Origin: an uncultured Planctomycetaceae bacterium
Lineage (GTDB): Bacteria > Planctomycetota > Planctomycetia > Pirellulales > PALSA-1355
Direction: 5' to 3'
NCBI GenBank assembly: GCA_963785305.1
Contig: CAWAUV010000008.1
Span: forward strand, 1,376,001-1,440,000
Length of the DNA: 64,000 nt
In this document: positions 10,381-22,775 of the stretch, piece by piece
How positions within the stretch are numbered: position 1 is the first letter of the stretch
Layout: each line of letters begins with the position of its first letter
The notes under the pieces: model-generated
The model's input: only the letters and a program-made list of their open reading frames with translations
Told to the model about the DNA's origin: nothing
The model's database searches: none
Position numbers and translations under genes: made by a program

Positions 10381-11842
10381 TCAGTGATTGCGCTCGGGGC
10401 ACACGAATCGCCGGTCCGATGAGCCGTGTTCTCCCGCCGGCGTCGGGAGGCCAAACCCGACTGTCCTGCGACCACGCTGTATTGTCGCCCAGGAAGAAGC
10501 ATCGATCGGCCTCGAGACGCCACCGGCCCGGAATATTGCCCGGGACGGTTGCTTGCGAGGCGCGGGGTCCGGCGGCGCTCTCGGCTTCGGGCGCCGCAAG
10601 ATAATAGATATCGCGCAGCACCCGGAGCTCGTCGATCGCGGCCTGGGCGTCTTTCCATGCGTCGCCGGTGGTTTCCTCTCCGGGCGAAGCGCTTGGCATC
10701 ACACCGATCGAGACCGGCGCCTCCGGCGGTGGGCGATCGGTTTCGTGGATCGCGTAGGCATGGGCGAACAACGTCGCGTGGTTCATGGCCACCAGCAGTC
10801 GGCCATCGCATTGGGCGAATTCGATGGTTGCTCCAGGGCGAAAGGCGGCGGGAATCGGAGCGCGTTCGACCACTTGGCTTGCCGGCGCGTTGCCCGGCGA
10901 TGGCGCGTTGCTTGGCAACGGCGTTTCGTTCGGCGGCGCAAGTTGCGCGAGCCGGCATTCACCATGCGCCATGTCCCAGTGAATTTCGAATGCATCGCGA
11001 CCGTCGTCGATGCGGGCCAGCCAGTCGGTGTTGCGAGAATGCCCCGCGCGAAAGCTCACCAGCAGATCGGGCGCCGGAGTCAGCGGGCGCGATTCGGCTT
11101 GTTCGTAGGCGTTGTCGTCGAGCACTGGGCCGGGCATCGCGGGCAAGCCGGGCGCCCGCGGCGCTTGAACATGATGATAAATCAACCAATCCGGTTGATC
11201 GCGCTCCGGCTGATTGTGTTCATCGGCCGACAGGCGCCAGCCGCGGTCGGTCCGGCGCCAGTCGCTCTCGTTTCGCGCGGGGCGCCAGCCTTTCGCCGGA
11301 GTGTTTGGAAGCAATGACAATGCGCCGGCGGAAGCGTGGCATGGGTCGTCGTCGACAAGAATCGCCAGCGAACGGAGCGCGTCGAGGTCCTTTTGAGCGC
11401 GGCGGCCATCGATCCAAACATCGCCCGCGCGGATCTCGATCCGCTCGCCGGGCAGTCCCACGAGTCGCTTGACGGCCCAGGCCCGCGGATCGCACGGATC
11501 GACCAACACAAATGGCTGCCATCGCCGCGGCGTGAAAAACGTCCAGGCGGCGCGATCGACGATCAACCGTGCGCCCGGCCGCGGGGGAAAATCGGCGATG
11601 GGATTGTCGGGGAAATAGCAGTTCGGGCAGATCGCGTCGCCGCCGGGCGGCAGCCACTCGGAATCGCAAGGGAATCGCAGGCCGCAGGCGCGGCAAACGA
11701 TGTTCCGATGCGGACCCGGCAGGGCCGGCGCCATGCTCGCGCCCGCCACGACCACCGGGGCGAGCAGTCCGGCCACGAAAAAACAGTGTGCCACGATCGC
11801 CAGGATCAGAGCCACGACCAGGATTTCGATCAAGGCTCGCAT
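10381..11842 (-). CDS. lepB: Signal peptidase I (S26), long form with Cys-cluster insert; stop probably lost by an indel near 10412
   Basis: N-terminal TM, GASMAPAL (Ser), AVKRLVGLPGE (Lys), FFLGDNTAWSQDSRVW; directly downstream of lepA. Confidence 0.85.
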
Positions 11843-11871
11843 GATGAGCGATACCCGCGGAGCGAGACCGA

Positions 11872-13677
<1,806 letters not shown>

Positions 13678-13808
13678 GGCTATCCGTATGGGGGAGAAAA
13701 CGTCGTGATCGGCTCGCGGGCAAGTGGCGGTTGGCGGGGCGAGCGCGAGCGACTCCGCGGCGGGCATCGCACTGGCGGCCGTGATCGGCGGGGCCGCGCG
13801 ACCTTGCT

Positions 13809-13814
13809 ATTATA
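13809..13814 (-). promoter_or_regulatory. Putative sigma70 -10 box for lepA
   Basis: Perfect TATAAT in GC-rich intergenic DNA about 130 bp upstream of the start; no clear -35. Confidence 0.45.
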
Positions 13815-13980
13815 GTCAATCGCCCCCCGGTCGGCCCGGGGGGCGACTGTTTCTAACACGATACTGCCTGGGGGCGTTTAGGCGCCAACCCAATATTCGC
13901 CCCGGGCGCGGGGGCGATCGCCCTTTTTGCCTCTTTCGCATGAGGCGCGGAACTCGGATTTTCCAGGGACTTTGCCAACG

Positions 13981-14019
13981 AAAAAAGCCTGCCCGAGACG
14001 TTGAAGTCTCGGGCAGGCT
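13981..14019 (-). terminator. Rho-independent terminator of the Cys-rich gene
   Basis: Stem GCCTGCCCGAGAC / GTCTCGGGCAGGC followed by T6 on the minus strand, about 30 bp after the stop. Confidence 0.9.
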
Positions 14020-14047
14020 CGGTCATCCCCTCAGGAATCCAATCCGC

Positions 14048-15014
14048 TTAGTTGCGGCGGACCAGCTTGCTGCTGGTGCTGAGCACGTTGCTCCGGCGAT
14101 ACGAAGCCGAGGGATCGGCAGTCGGGGCCGGGGGCATCGGGGCAGCTTCTTCCGGAGCCGGGGCCGCGGCCGGAGCCGGGGCGCCGCCGGAGCAACCGCA
14201 GCTGGGAGCAGCCGCACAACCGCAGCTCGGATCAGCCGCACAGCCGCAGCTCGGAGCAGCGGCACAGCCGCAGCTCGAGGCACAGGCCGAGCAACCACCG
14301 CAGCATTTCTTCTTGCAGCACTTGTGCTTGATCCGGAAGCAATCGAGCAGGCAGGGCTTGTGGCAGCAGCTTCCGCAGGCCGGAGCAGCCGAACCACAGC
14401 TCGGTTCGCAAGCCGCGGTGCAGCCGGCGCCAGCGCCGTTGCAAGCGGGTTCGCAAGCCGGAGCCGAGCAGGCCGGAGCCGCACAAGCCGGAGCCGCACA
14501 AGCCGGTTCGCAAGCCGCGGCCGCACAGCCGCTGGTGCAACCCGAATTGCAACCCGAGTTGCAGCTCGAGGCAGCACTTGTGATGGCAGCACAGAGGTCC
14601 AATTTTCAGAGCCGGACCGCAGGGGCAATGGCAGTCAAACCAATCTTTCAGGCACGAGAACATCGGACGGCAGCACTTGTGGCAATGGCCGCAAGACGAG
14701 CCGCACGACGAGCTGCAGCTCGGCTCGCAAGCCGCGGTGCAACCAGCGCCGGCGCCGCACGAAGGAGCGCAAGCCGCTCCCGCACAGCCCGGATCGCATG
14801 CCGGGGCCGAGCAGGCCGGAGCGGCACAAGCCGGCGCCGCGCAGCTCGGTTCACAACCTTTATCGCATCCGCAGACCGGAGCGGCCGACGTGCAACACGT
14901 CGTGCATCCGCAGTCATTCAGACCCAACATGCGATCCAAGAGCTCAAATCCGTAGCTCTGGCCGCAGAGGCCTACGCTGACTACAAGCGCGCCCAAGACC
15001 ATGTTCCATTTCAT
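14048..15014 (-). CDS. Secreted Cys/Ala/Pro-rich repeat protein, about 321 aa (one extra base near 14570)
   Basis: AAGGAG RBS; signal peptide MKWNMVLGALVVSVGLCGQSYG; CAAPAC/CEPSC repeats continue from ORF 14232..15152 into ORF 14048..14602; own terminator. Confidence 0.85.
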
Positions 15015-15711
15015 CGAGCAACGTCTCCTTTGCATTGAACCGCGGCTGTCATGGACTTCGGCCGGAATGGCTGAGGCAGGCGCCGAGCGCAGGCGGGTAA
15101 GCCGTGCTTGTTCGGATTGCAGCCAGGTCGAAGTCAGGCGGGTTGTAGCCACGGTTCAAACGGTTTGTTTGCGTCAGATCCGGTCGAGCCAATCCTTGAC
15201 TCGAAACGTCCGATCCGGTGGTTCTGACGCACCCTGTACGTGCCGGCGATGGCACGTGATCCTCGGCGGGTGACACTAACCGTATCGGCCTTCCTAATCC
15301 GGCGCTTGAGAGTCCGTAAGTTAATTTCTCAGAGCACTTTATGCGCACTGTTGGGCAAACATTGCCGCGCGCATAAACCAGGAAAACCTTGCCGGTTGCA
15401 CCGCCCGCTGGCGCGCCTCCGTCCTTGCCGAGGCCGCAATCTCGGACGACAAAAACCACCGAAGCCGCAGAGTCGCCACACGATCGCTTACCGCCAACGG
15501 GAGCGGCTCACGCATGCAATCTCGCCCCAGCTTTCCAAACCCGCGCGAGCATTGCCACGTGTCGCTCGGCGCCGCGCGTTCGCGGCGCGTCGCCCCAGGG
15601 CGACGACTCGAACGAATAGATAAACATGGCGGGCGGCGGCGGGCTCCCCCAGCCACATTTGAGCCGCCTCGACGGGTTATACGCCTAGCAGCAGTCTGGG
15701 CGACTCGATGC

Positions 15712-17362
15712 TCAGGGCGCGGCGGTCGTGAGATGGGGCGCTCCGCCACGAGCCACCACGAGCCGCGGATGCTCGATGCCCGCCGGTTCGGTTGGCGCCT
15801 CGAGCTCGAGCTCGAGCCGCCCGACCATGCGGTCCAGGTCGGCAAGCACGACTTTATGAAACGGCCCAAAATGTTGATACTGGGCCGCGAGAATGCCCGC
15901 ATAGCGGAGCGCGCGCGGGTTGCGCCACCAAATCTCGACCATCGTGCACAAAAACGACCGCGATGCGTCGGCGCACACTCCCTCGCGCAGGATCAGGTTC
16001 AGCGCCTTTCGCGTCGCGCATGTGCCGCGAGAGCGGGGCGCACAACTTCTTTTGGCGGCAATTGAGTTCTCGAGCCATGCGCAGCACGCGGCCATAGTAG
16101 GCCGCGGGTGTGTAGATTTGAGCGAGCAAGGCGCGGTAGCCGCGCATGATCTCGTGCATCGGGCGAACGGTGCGGAAGTTCAGTCCCCAGACACACTGGT
16201 CGCCCACTTCGGTCTCGCCGATGAGTTCCCAGTTGGGTCGCAGCCGGCCCTCGCGCTCGAGGCGCCGGCTAAGCTGGGTGCCGGGCAGCGCGTAGAGCAT
16301 GCCCACCATGTTGACCGCCGTGGCGCTCGATTCGATCAGGTCTTGAATGGCGTTCGCCGCGCGAGGACTGTCGGTGTCGAAACCGAGAATGTAGCCGGTG
16401 TTGACATACATGCCAAACGCGTAGAGCTTGCGAATGCTCTCCGAGAGATCGCGGCGCATGTTTTGTTTCTTTTGCGTGTGCGCCAGCGTTTCTTCGTCGG
16501 GCGATTCGATCCCGGTGAACACCGTGGCAAAGCCGGCCGCTTGCATCAGACCGAGCATTTCATCGTCGTCGGCCAGATTGATAGACGCTTCGGTCGAGAA
16601 TTCAAATGGCCAGCCCTTGGCCTCTTGCCATGCCGCCAGCCGCGGCAGAAATTTCTTCACGTCGCGCTTGTTGCCGATAAAGTTGTCGTCGACGAAATCG
16701 ACATGCCCTCGATAGCCGAGCGCGTGCAGCGCGTCGAGCTCGGACAGCAATTGATCGGGTGTCTTGAGCCTCGGCACTCGGCCGAACAACTCGATGATGT
16801 CGCAAAACTCGCAAAGAAACGGGCAGCCGCGGCTCATCTGCACCGCCACATATAAATAGCGATCGAGCGTGAGCAGATCGTAGCGCGGACGAGGGGTCTT
16901 CGTCACGTCGGCTCGCAGGCCGCCGGGCTCGTAGCGATGGACCGCGCTGCCGGCGGCCAGATCGGCCAAAAAGCGGGGCAGCGTGAGCTCCGCTTCGCCC
17001 AGAACTTGATAATCGGCGTCGTCGTAGAGATGCGCGCTATTCGTGGCGTCGGGGCCGCCCACGACCACCCGCTTGTGCATCGCATGTGCCCGATCGATGA
17101 TCGAAAACACGCTCGGCTGCTGGGCCATCATGCCGCCCGTGAACACCAGATCGGCCCAGGCCAGATCGGCGTCGGTGAGCGTCTCCACATTGCAGTCGAC
17201 CAGCCGCACTTCCCAGTCGTCGGGCAACATGGCCGCCACGGTGATCAGCCCGAGCGGAATCGAGGGGTAACGGGCTCCCAAGGTTTCGCAGGTCGCCCGG
17301 AAATTCCAGAACGACATCAGTGTGAATTCTGGATACACGAGCAGGCAGCGAGTGCGTGGCAT
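15712..17362 (-). CDS. B12-binding radical SAM protein, DUF4070/HpnP-like family (frameshift near 16010)
   Basis: PLGLITVAAML, VVVGGP, SRGCPFLCEFC, FVDDNFIGN, FSTEAS, FTGIES; C-terminus in ORF 15712..16095. Confidence 0.9.
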
Positions 17363-17889
17363 TGCGGAAGCGCCGATTGTTGACCTTGGTGGTCGAAAAT
17401 ATCTCGGTCCCGATTCGGAAACGCCGGTCCCCGCGCGAAACGATGGCCCCGCGCTGGAGGACCGCGTGGAATGTATTGTGCTTGGCGAACTTTGATTTAC
17501 GAGCGAATTGCCCGCCAAACAGCGACATTTTCGCGAGATTTCAGGCGGAAACATCGTTGCGTCGCGGGGTCGATCGAGGCCCCTCGCGCCGAAGCCTGAA
17601 GGGCGCATCGACTTAAGGCGTTTTAGCGCGACGCTCGCGATAGGGGCCGCGTCGCGCTCCGTGGCAAGACGCCACCCGCGGCGGTGCTCAGAAACGCTAA
17701 ACGACGGCGCGATTCACGGCGAACGGCGCCCAAGAATTAGGAACGAAAGGTCGCGCCTCTATTTCCGGCGCGGGCGTCATGCGGGTTCTTGAGCCCCGCC
17801 GCCCGCCGTCTTATTATCGTGAAGCACAACCGCGCGCCCCCCGGCCCCCCACTGAGCACCCAACCCCGAATTCTCCCCGAGGTCACCCA

Positions 17890-19095
17890 ATGCCCACGCC
17901 TGCCCAACATCTTTTCTCCGCCATCGGCTTGGTCCGTTTGCCGCGAATCGCGATCTTGGCGATTGTCGCCGCGGGCGCCTTGAATTTCGCCATTGCGCGG
18001 GCCGACGAAGATTCCACGCACCCGATCGCCGCCAAGCTCCAGCCTTTTGTCGATCGCCATGTGTTGGCCGGCGCGGTGACGCTCGTGGCCAACAAAGACG
18101 CCGTGCTCGATGTCGAAGCCGTGGGCTATGCCGATATCGCCGCCGGCAAGCCGATGACGCCCGACGCGCTCTTCTGGATCGCCTCGATGAGCAAGTCGAT
18201 CACCGCCACGGCGCTGATGATCCTCGTGGACGAAGGCAAGGTGAAGCTCGACGATCCGATCGAAAAATATCTGCCCGAGTTTCGCGATCAATGGGCCACG
18301 GTGGAAAGCGATGGCGAGCACTTGCTGCTCAAGAAGCCGACGCCGGTGGTTACCGTGCGGCATGTGCTTAGTCACACATCCGGCATGCCGTTCAAAAGCG
18401 CTCTTGAAACTCCGACGCTCGATCTTCTGCCGCTGGCCTATCGAGCGCGAAGCTATGCCATGACGCCGCTCTTTGCCCAGCCGGGCACGAAATACCAATA
18501 CAGCAACGCGGGCATCAACACCGCCGGACGGATCATCGAGGTCGTGAGCGGCAAGCCCTACGAAACATTTCTCGACGAGCGACTGTTTCAACCGCTGGGC
18601 ATGAAAGACACCACCTTTTGGCCCAGCGGCGAGCAACTCACGCGGCTCGCCAAAAGCTACAAACCCAACGCCGCGCAAGACGGCCTCGAGGAGATCAAGA
18701 TCGGGCAACTCTACTATCCGCTCGATAGCCGAGCGAGGCAGCCGATGCCGGCCGGCGGTCTCTTTTCGACCGCCGCCGATCTGGGCGCGTTTTGCCGCAT
18801 GATTCTCGCCGAGGGCGAATTCGCCGGCCATCGCTATCTGTCGGCCGACGCGATCCATCAAATGGCCACGAACCAAACCGGCGAACTGCACGAGACCTAT
18901 GGCCTGGGCTGGTCGACAGGCCGCAAGCCGGGCGGATCGTTTGGCCACGGCGGCGCGTTTTCGACCAACATGTCGATCGAGCCGGAGAAGAATCTCACGC
19001 TCGTCTGGCTGGTGCAACACGCCGGCTTTCCGCAAAACGAAGGCGGCAAGGTCCAATCGGCCTTCAAAGACGCGGCATTCGAGAAATTCAAATAA
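17890..19095 (+). CDS. Serine hydrolase, class C beta-lactamase-like, exported
   Basis: FWIASMSK (SxxK), LSHTSG, YQYSN, FGHGGA; signal peptide. Confidence 0.9.
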   Translation: MPTPAQHLFSAIGLVRLPRIAILAIVAAGALNFAIARADEDSTHPIAAKLQPFVDRHVLAGAVTLVANKDAVLDVEAVGYADIAAGKPMTPDALFWIASMSKSITATALMILVDEGKVKLDDPIEKYLPEFRDQWATVESDGEHLLLKKPTPVVTVRHVLSHTSGMPFKSALETPTLDLLPLAYRARSYAMTPLFAQPGTKYQYSNAGINTAGRIIEVVSGKPYETFLDERLFQPLGMKDTTFWPSGEQLTRLAKSYKPNAAQDGLEEIKIGQLYYPLDSRARQPMPAGGLFSTAADLGAFCRMILAEGEFAGHRYLSADAIHQMATNQTGELHETYGLGWSTGRKPGGSFGHGGAFSTNMSIEPEKNLTLVWLVQHAGFPQNEGGKVQSAFKDAAFEKFK

Positions 19096-19103
19096 CGAGT
19101 CTG

Positions 19104-19628
19104 CTAGCTCTTGGGTATCTCGAGCGGCAGCGCGCCGATTTCGGCGAAAATGCGTTCGGCCGCGTTCAATTGTTCCGCCGCGCTGGGCCCGGAGCTTTCG
19201 GCGGCGACGAGAATCTTGCCTTGGGCCACGGACTGCGAATAGTAGTCGGCCAGTTCCTTTTCCATGCCGCGGTGCATCATGGCGGCGATCAGCCCGCCCA
19301 CGAACCCGCCGCTCCACACGGCGATTCCGCCACTATAGAAGAGCGAGGCGCCCGAGGTGGCCAACGCGGCCGCGATGGTCGCCAGCCCGCCCACCGCCGC
19401 GCCAATGGCGCCGCCAGCGGCCACGACCGCCGTCGTGTCGCGGCCGCCCAGATGCTGATGCTCGAACTCGGCGAATTGGCGCTGCCGGGTTTCGTCGGAG
19501 CAGAGCACCGTGATATGGGCCGCGGTAAAGCCGGCTGCCTCGAGCGCCTCGACCGCGCGCTTGGCCCGCGACACCGTGGAAAAGATGCCGACTCGCAGGG
19601 GTGACTTTTCATGCGAAGTGAATGACAT
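19104..19628 (-). CDS. General-stress/YflT-like small membrane protein
   Basis: VGIF...AKRAVEALEAAGF, Gly/Ala-rich hairpin, YYSQSVAQGKILVAAE. Confidence 0.65.
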   Translation of the reverse strand: MSFTSHEKSPLRVGIFSTVSRAKRAVEALEAAGFTAAHITVLCSDETRQRQFAEFEHQHLGGRDTTAVVAAGGAIGAAVGGLATIAAALATSGASLFYSGGIAVWSGGFVGGLIAAMMHRGMEKELADYYSQSVAQGKILVAAESSGPSAAEQLNAAERIFAEIGALPLEIPKS

Positions 19629-19695
19629 GGCGATGCGATTCCCCGACTGCGATTTCGTTTGCCAACCGGCTGCTAGGGCATTTCACCGGAAGCGC

Positions 19696-19704
19696 ATTAT
19701 AGCA
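19696..19704 (-). promoter_or_regulatory. Extended -10 promoter element TGCTATAAT
   Basis: Perfect TGnTATAAT about 70 bp upstream of the ATG at 19628. Confidence 0.6.
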
Positions 19705-19732
19705 ATCGACAGGCGATTGGCTCGCCGGCAGC

Positions 19733-20993
19733 TCACAAAATCGGCAGTTCGCGGGAACCGGTGCTGCTCGCGCTGCTGGGCACGGACTGCGGCCGCACTT
19801 TCTGGTAGGTTCCAAAATCGTTGAACCAGCGGCTCTTGGCAAATCGATAGGCCCAGCTTCGCTCCGGAATCTCGCCGCCCGGCGCATGTTGCGAGGGCCG
19901 CGGCCGCATCGCTTCGAGCTCGGCCACGGCTTGCTTGCGGGCCGTGGTGTCGCGGGCCGTGTGTCGGTCGACCAGCGATTTCAACAGGTCGGGCCGCTCG
20001 AGCACAATGCACCCTCGCGTGGCTTCAGCCGCCACCTGGCGAAAGTCTTGCAAGAAGGCCGAGCCGAGGAATTTGTCCTTGAGCGAGCCGGGCGAATGGA
20101 TCGACTCGGTGGCGAACTGCACGATCGGACAGGGCTCGATATCGCCCCAGGGGCTGATATGGTGGCTCAGTCCCGTGGCGGCCGGACACAGTGCCCGGCC
20201 GTCGTGGTCGTAGTAGGCGTCGATCACGCCGATCGGCTTCGTGGCCCGAATATCGACCACGAACTGTCGCGCTCTCCGCTGCTGCTCGGGAGTGAGGGCC
20301 AGTTCGGGGCGGGCATCGGGACCGACCGGGCGATAGGTGTGATACCAGACATAGAACACACCCATCGCGACCAGCCGATCGACCCAGGCGGGCGTCAGGA
20401 GATCGTCGATATTGGTTTGGCAGAGACTCGTGCAAACTCCGGTGATGAGTTTGTTGTCGAGGCAGCGTTGGAGCCCTTCGAGTGTCTTCGAGAGCACGCC
20501 CGTCCGCCCGCGACGCACATCGCTCGCGATCTCGGAGCCCTCGACGCTCACCAGCGGCGAGGCGTTGCCCAGCCGGCGCAAGCGACGGGCGATGTCGTCG
20601 GTGATTAGTTGGCCGTTGGTGAATATCTGAAAGTAGCAGTCCGGATGGGCGGCCACGATATCCAAGAGGCCGCGATGCATGAACGGCTCGCCGCCCAGGA
20701 GGCCGAAGAACCGATTGCCCATCGTCTTGGCTTCGTCGATCATTCGATTCACGGCCGGCAGGTCGATCTCCTGATGCTTGGCCGCCACATCGACCCAGCA
20801 GCCTTGGCAGCGAAGATTGCAGCTATTCACGAGCGAGATATAGAGAAAAGGAGGAAACACTTCGCCCCGCTTGAGACGCCGCTTGTGGAGCTCGACGCTC
20901 CACATGCCCTTGACGCCCATGTTCGAGCGCCAGCTTCCACAAAAGCCGCTTATCGGTTTCGACCAGCAGGCGGCGAGCCATTTTCAAATACAC
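19733..20993 (-). CDS. Radical SAM protein with Twitch/SPASM-like C-terminus (frameshift near 20925)
   Basis: CNLRCQGC, LLGGEPF, FTNG, CPAATGLSHHISPWGDIEPCP; N-terminus VYLKMARRLL in ORF 20823..21032. Confidence 0.9.
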
Positions 20994-21047
20994 GCAAAGC
21001 TCCTCGCGCGAACAAGGGATTTTGGATTGCAATCGTGGCCGTCGGCG

Positions 21048-22550
21048 TCAAAGCGGCGGCTCGTCCTCGGCGTGCTCCGCATGCGGCGCTTGGCCGTTGG
21101 GCGGATGTTCATGGCCTGGGTGCCCGTTGGCCGCGGAGCCCGCGCGTCCCAGGACATTGGGCGGCGCGTCTTCGATCTTGCCGAGCCAGTCCTCGATCGG
21201 CACCGCGTCTTCGCCATCGTCGAGCGGCGGCAAGACGGATCGCGGCCGTAGCGGCTGCAAGTTGAACGTGAATCGCACCACGAGCATCACCGCCGCGATG
21301 ATTCCAAACCCTAGGATATAGACCCATTTCATTTCGAACGGCAGCTTGACCGGCGGATTCTCATGCCAGAAAAGCTTGCCGATGAGCATCGGCACGGCGC
21401 GGTGCTTATCGTCGCGCGATTGAATCGCCAGTAGTTTGAAAAAGTAGCCGACGAATGTCACGTCTTCTTGCATATCGTGGCGCAGTGGAAAATCGGCCGG
21501 CAAGTCGGTGAGCACCAACGCATAGTAATTCGGAGCCGATTCGTCGGTGTAGCCGTAGGCTTCGTAGGTGCGAGCGAGATTGCGCGCCTTGCCGTTGTCG
21601 TTGGCGTCGGTGGCCAGGGCTCGCGTGATGCGAAGCTTGAGTCGCACGAGCTCGCCGCGATAGCGATCAGGCTCCTTGAACAAGTGCGCATACATCAAGT
21701 CCGGCCTCGCGCGCTTGTTCATCGCCTTGAATGTCTGTTGACGCTCCCAGTCGATGAGATGCCAATAGGCCGTCATCTCCTCCGGCCGCAATTCCCTCCG
21801 ATCGGTGATCGCTTGCGCCTCTTCTTGAAAATCCTTGACCTCGATCGGGTCTTGATCCACGGGCGGCAGATCGGGCTTGGTCGCGGGCATGTCGTCTTCG
21901 GACTCACGTCCGCGGACCGAGCTCTGATATTCGGCGCTGCCTTGCGGCGCGTCGACGCTTTGAGCAAGCTTGGCGTCGCGCGTGGCGGGAGGCGGCGGCA
22001 CATCGTCGGCCAGATGCGCGGCGTGTGGATTCGCGGCGTTGTAAACACCCGGCTGCTCGGATTCGCCGGCGGCGCCGGGCTTCGCGCCATCGTCCGAATT
22101 CGCGCCGCTATCCGCTGGCTTCACGCTCTCCGTCGGCTTCGCGGTGTCTTCGGGCTTTGCCGGGTCGCTCGGGGGAGCGCTCTCCGAGGGCATCGGATCG
22201 GACACATCGGCCAGGGCCATCAACCGCTGGTCGCCGTCGAAAAGCGCGCCGACGCTCTTCGCGCCCGCCGGATTCGCATGGCGGCGCGGCCGATGCAATT
22301 CGAACTGACTTTCGAGTTCGGTCTCGGAGAGCGGCATGGGCGGAACTCGTCCCATCGCTCGATCGCGAGCTTGCAAAATTCGCGGCGTCACCGGATCGTC
22401 GATTCCGGCGAACCATTCCCAATTGTGCGGATCGCGAGCCCGCGATACCAAAGTGCCGAGCACCACGAGGGAGCCGATCGCCGCCATGAGGCGCAGGCGT
22501 TCGCCGCCGCGAAACAAGGGCGCATTGTGCGGGTTGACATATTTCTTCAT
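21048..22550 (-). CDS. Hypothetical membrane protein with two TM segments and a Pro-rich linker
   Basis: Long intact ORF with N- and C-terminal hydrophobic helices and a globular region (HLFKEPDRYRGELV...FVGYFFK). Confidence 0.7.
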   Translation of the reverse strand: MKKYVNPHNAPLFRGGERLRLMAAIGSLVVLGTLVSRARDPHNWEWFAGIDDPVTPRILQARDRAMGRVPPMPLSETELESQFELHRPRRHANPAGAKSVGALFDGDQRLMALADVSDPMPSESAPPSDPAKPEDTAKPTESVKPADSGANSDDGAKPGAAGESEQPGVYNAANPHAAHLADDVPPPPATRDAKLAQSVDAPQGSAEYQSSVRGRESEDDMPATKPDLPPVDQDPIEVKDFQEEAQAITDRRELRPEEMTAYWHLIDWERQQTFKAMNKRARPDLMYAHLFKEPDRYRGELVRLKLRITRALATDANDNGKARNLARTYEAYGYTDESAPNYYALVLTDLPADFPLRHDMQEDVTFVGYFFKLLAIQSRDDKHRAVPMLIGKLFWHENPPVKLPFEMKWVYILGFGIIAAVMLVVRFTFNLQPLRPRSVLPPLDDGEDAVPIEDWLGKIEDAPPNVLGRAGSAANGHPGHEHPPNGQAPHAEHAEDEPPL

Positions 22551-22667
22551 GGACCGCCATCCTCGCCGCGCCCCAGTTTCGGGGCGAGGCAAACGCTCGA
22601 GCTCGTGGGGGAATCGAATATTCGCCTTGGGGCCAATGGACAAAAAGGCGCGCCGCGGCCCCCGACT

Positions 22668-22673
22668 ATTATA
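22668..22673 (-). promoter_or_regulatory. Putative -10 box
   Basis: Perfect TATAAT about 120 bp upstream of the ATG at 22550. Confidence 0.45.
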
Positions 22674-22775
22674 GCCCGGCGAGCGGCGAGCGGGAAAAGG
22701 GGCAACCCGGCCCCGCGATCGTAAAAAACCGCGCCTCGCGACCCGCCAGGCCCGCGATTGCTGGTCGCCAAGCGA

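Noticed and set aside
8807..11842. 1011-aa signal peptidase/membrane protein fusion
   Set aside because: The linker looks non-coding and contains an extended -10 element (10257..10265). A one-base shift near 10412 gives LepB a plausible end at 10381, and indels are common here.
14052..15038. Gln/Ala-rich plus-strand ORF
   Set aside because: Antisense mirror of the Cys-rich gene; the RBS, signal peptide and terminator all support the minus strand.
14048..17362. RiPP cluster (Cys-rich precursor plus radical SAM)
   Set aside because: The Cys-rich protein is large and carries a Sec-type signal. The enzyme is B12-type with no visible RRE or SPASM domain, the genes are about 700 bp apart, and no peptidase or transporter is adjacent.
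17363..17889. Cobalamin riboswitch upstream of the B12 radical SAM gene
   Set aside because: The expected GCCACTG/GGGAAG elements were not found on the coding strand; only a GC hairpin near 17625..17660.
17890..19095. Antibiotic-resistance call for the SxxK hydrolases and the GNAT
   Set aside because: The motifs fit broad esterase and acetyltransferase families, with no mobile context or specific evidence.
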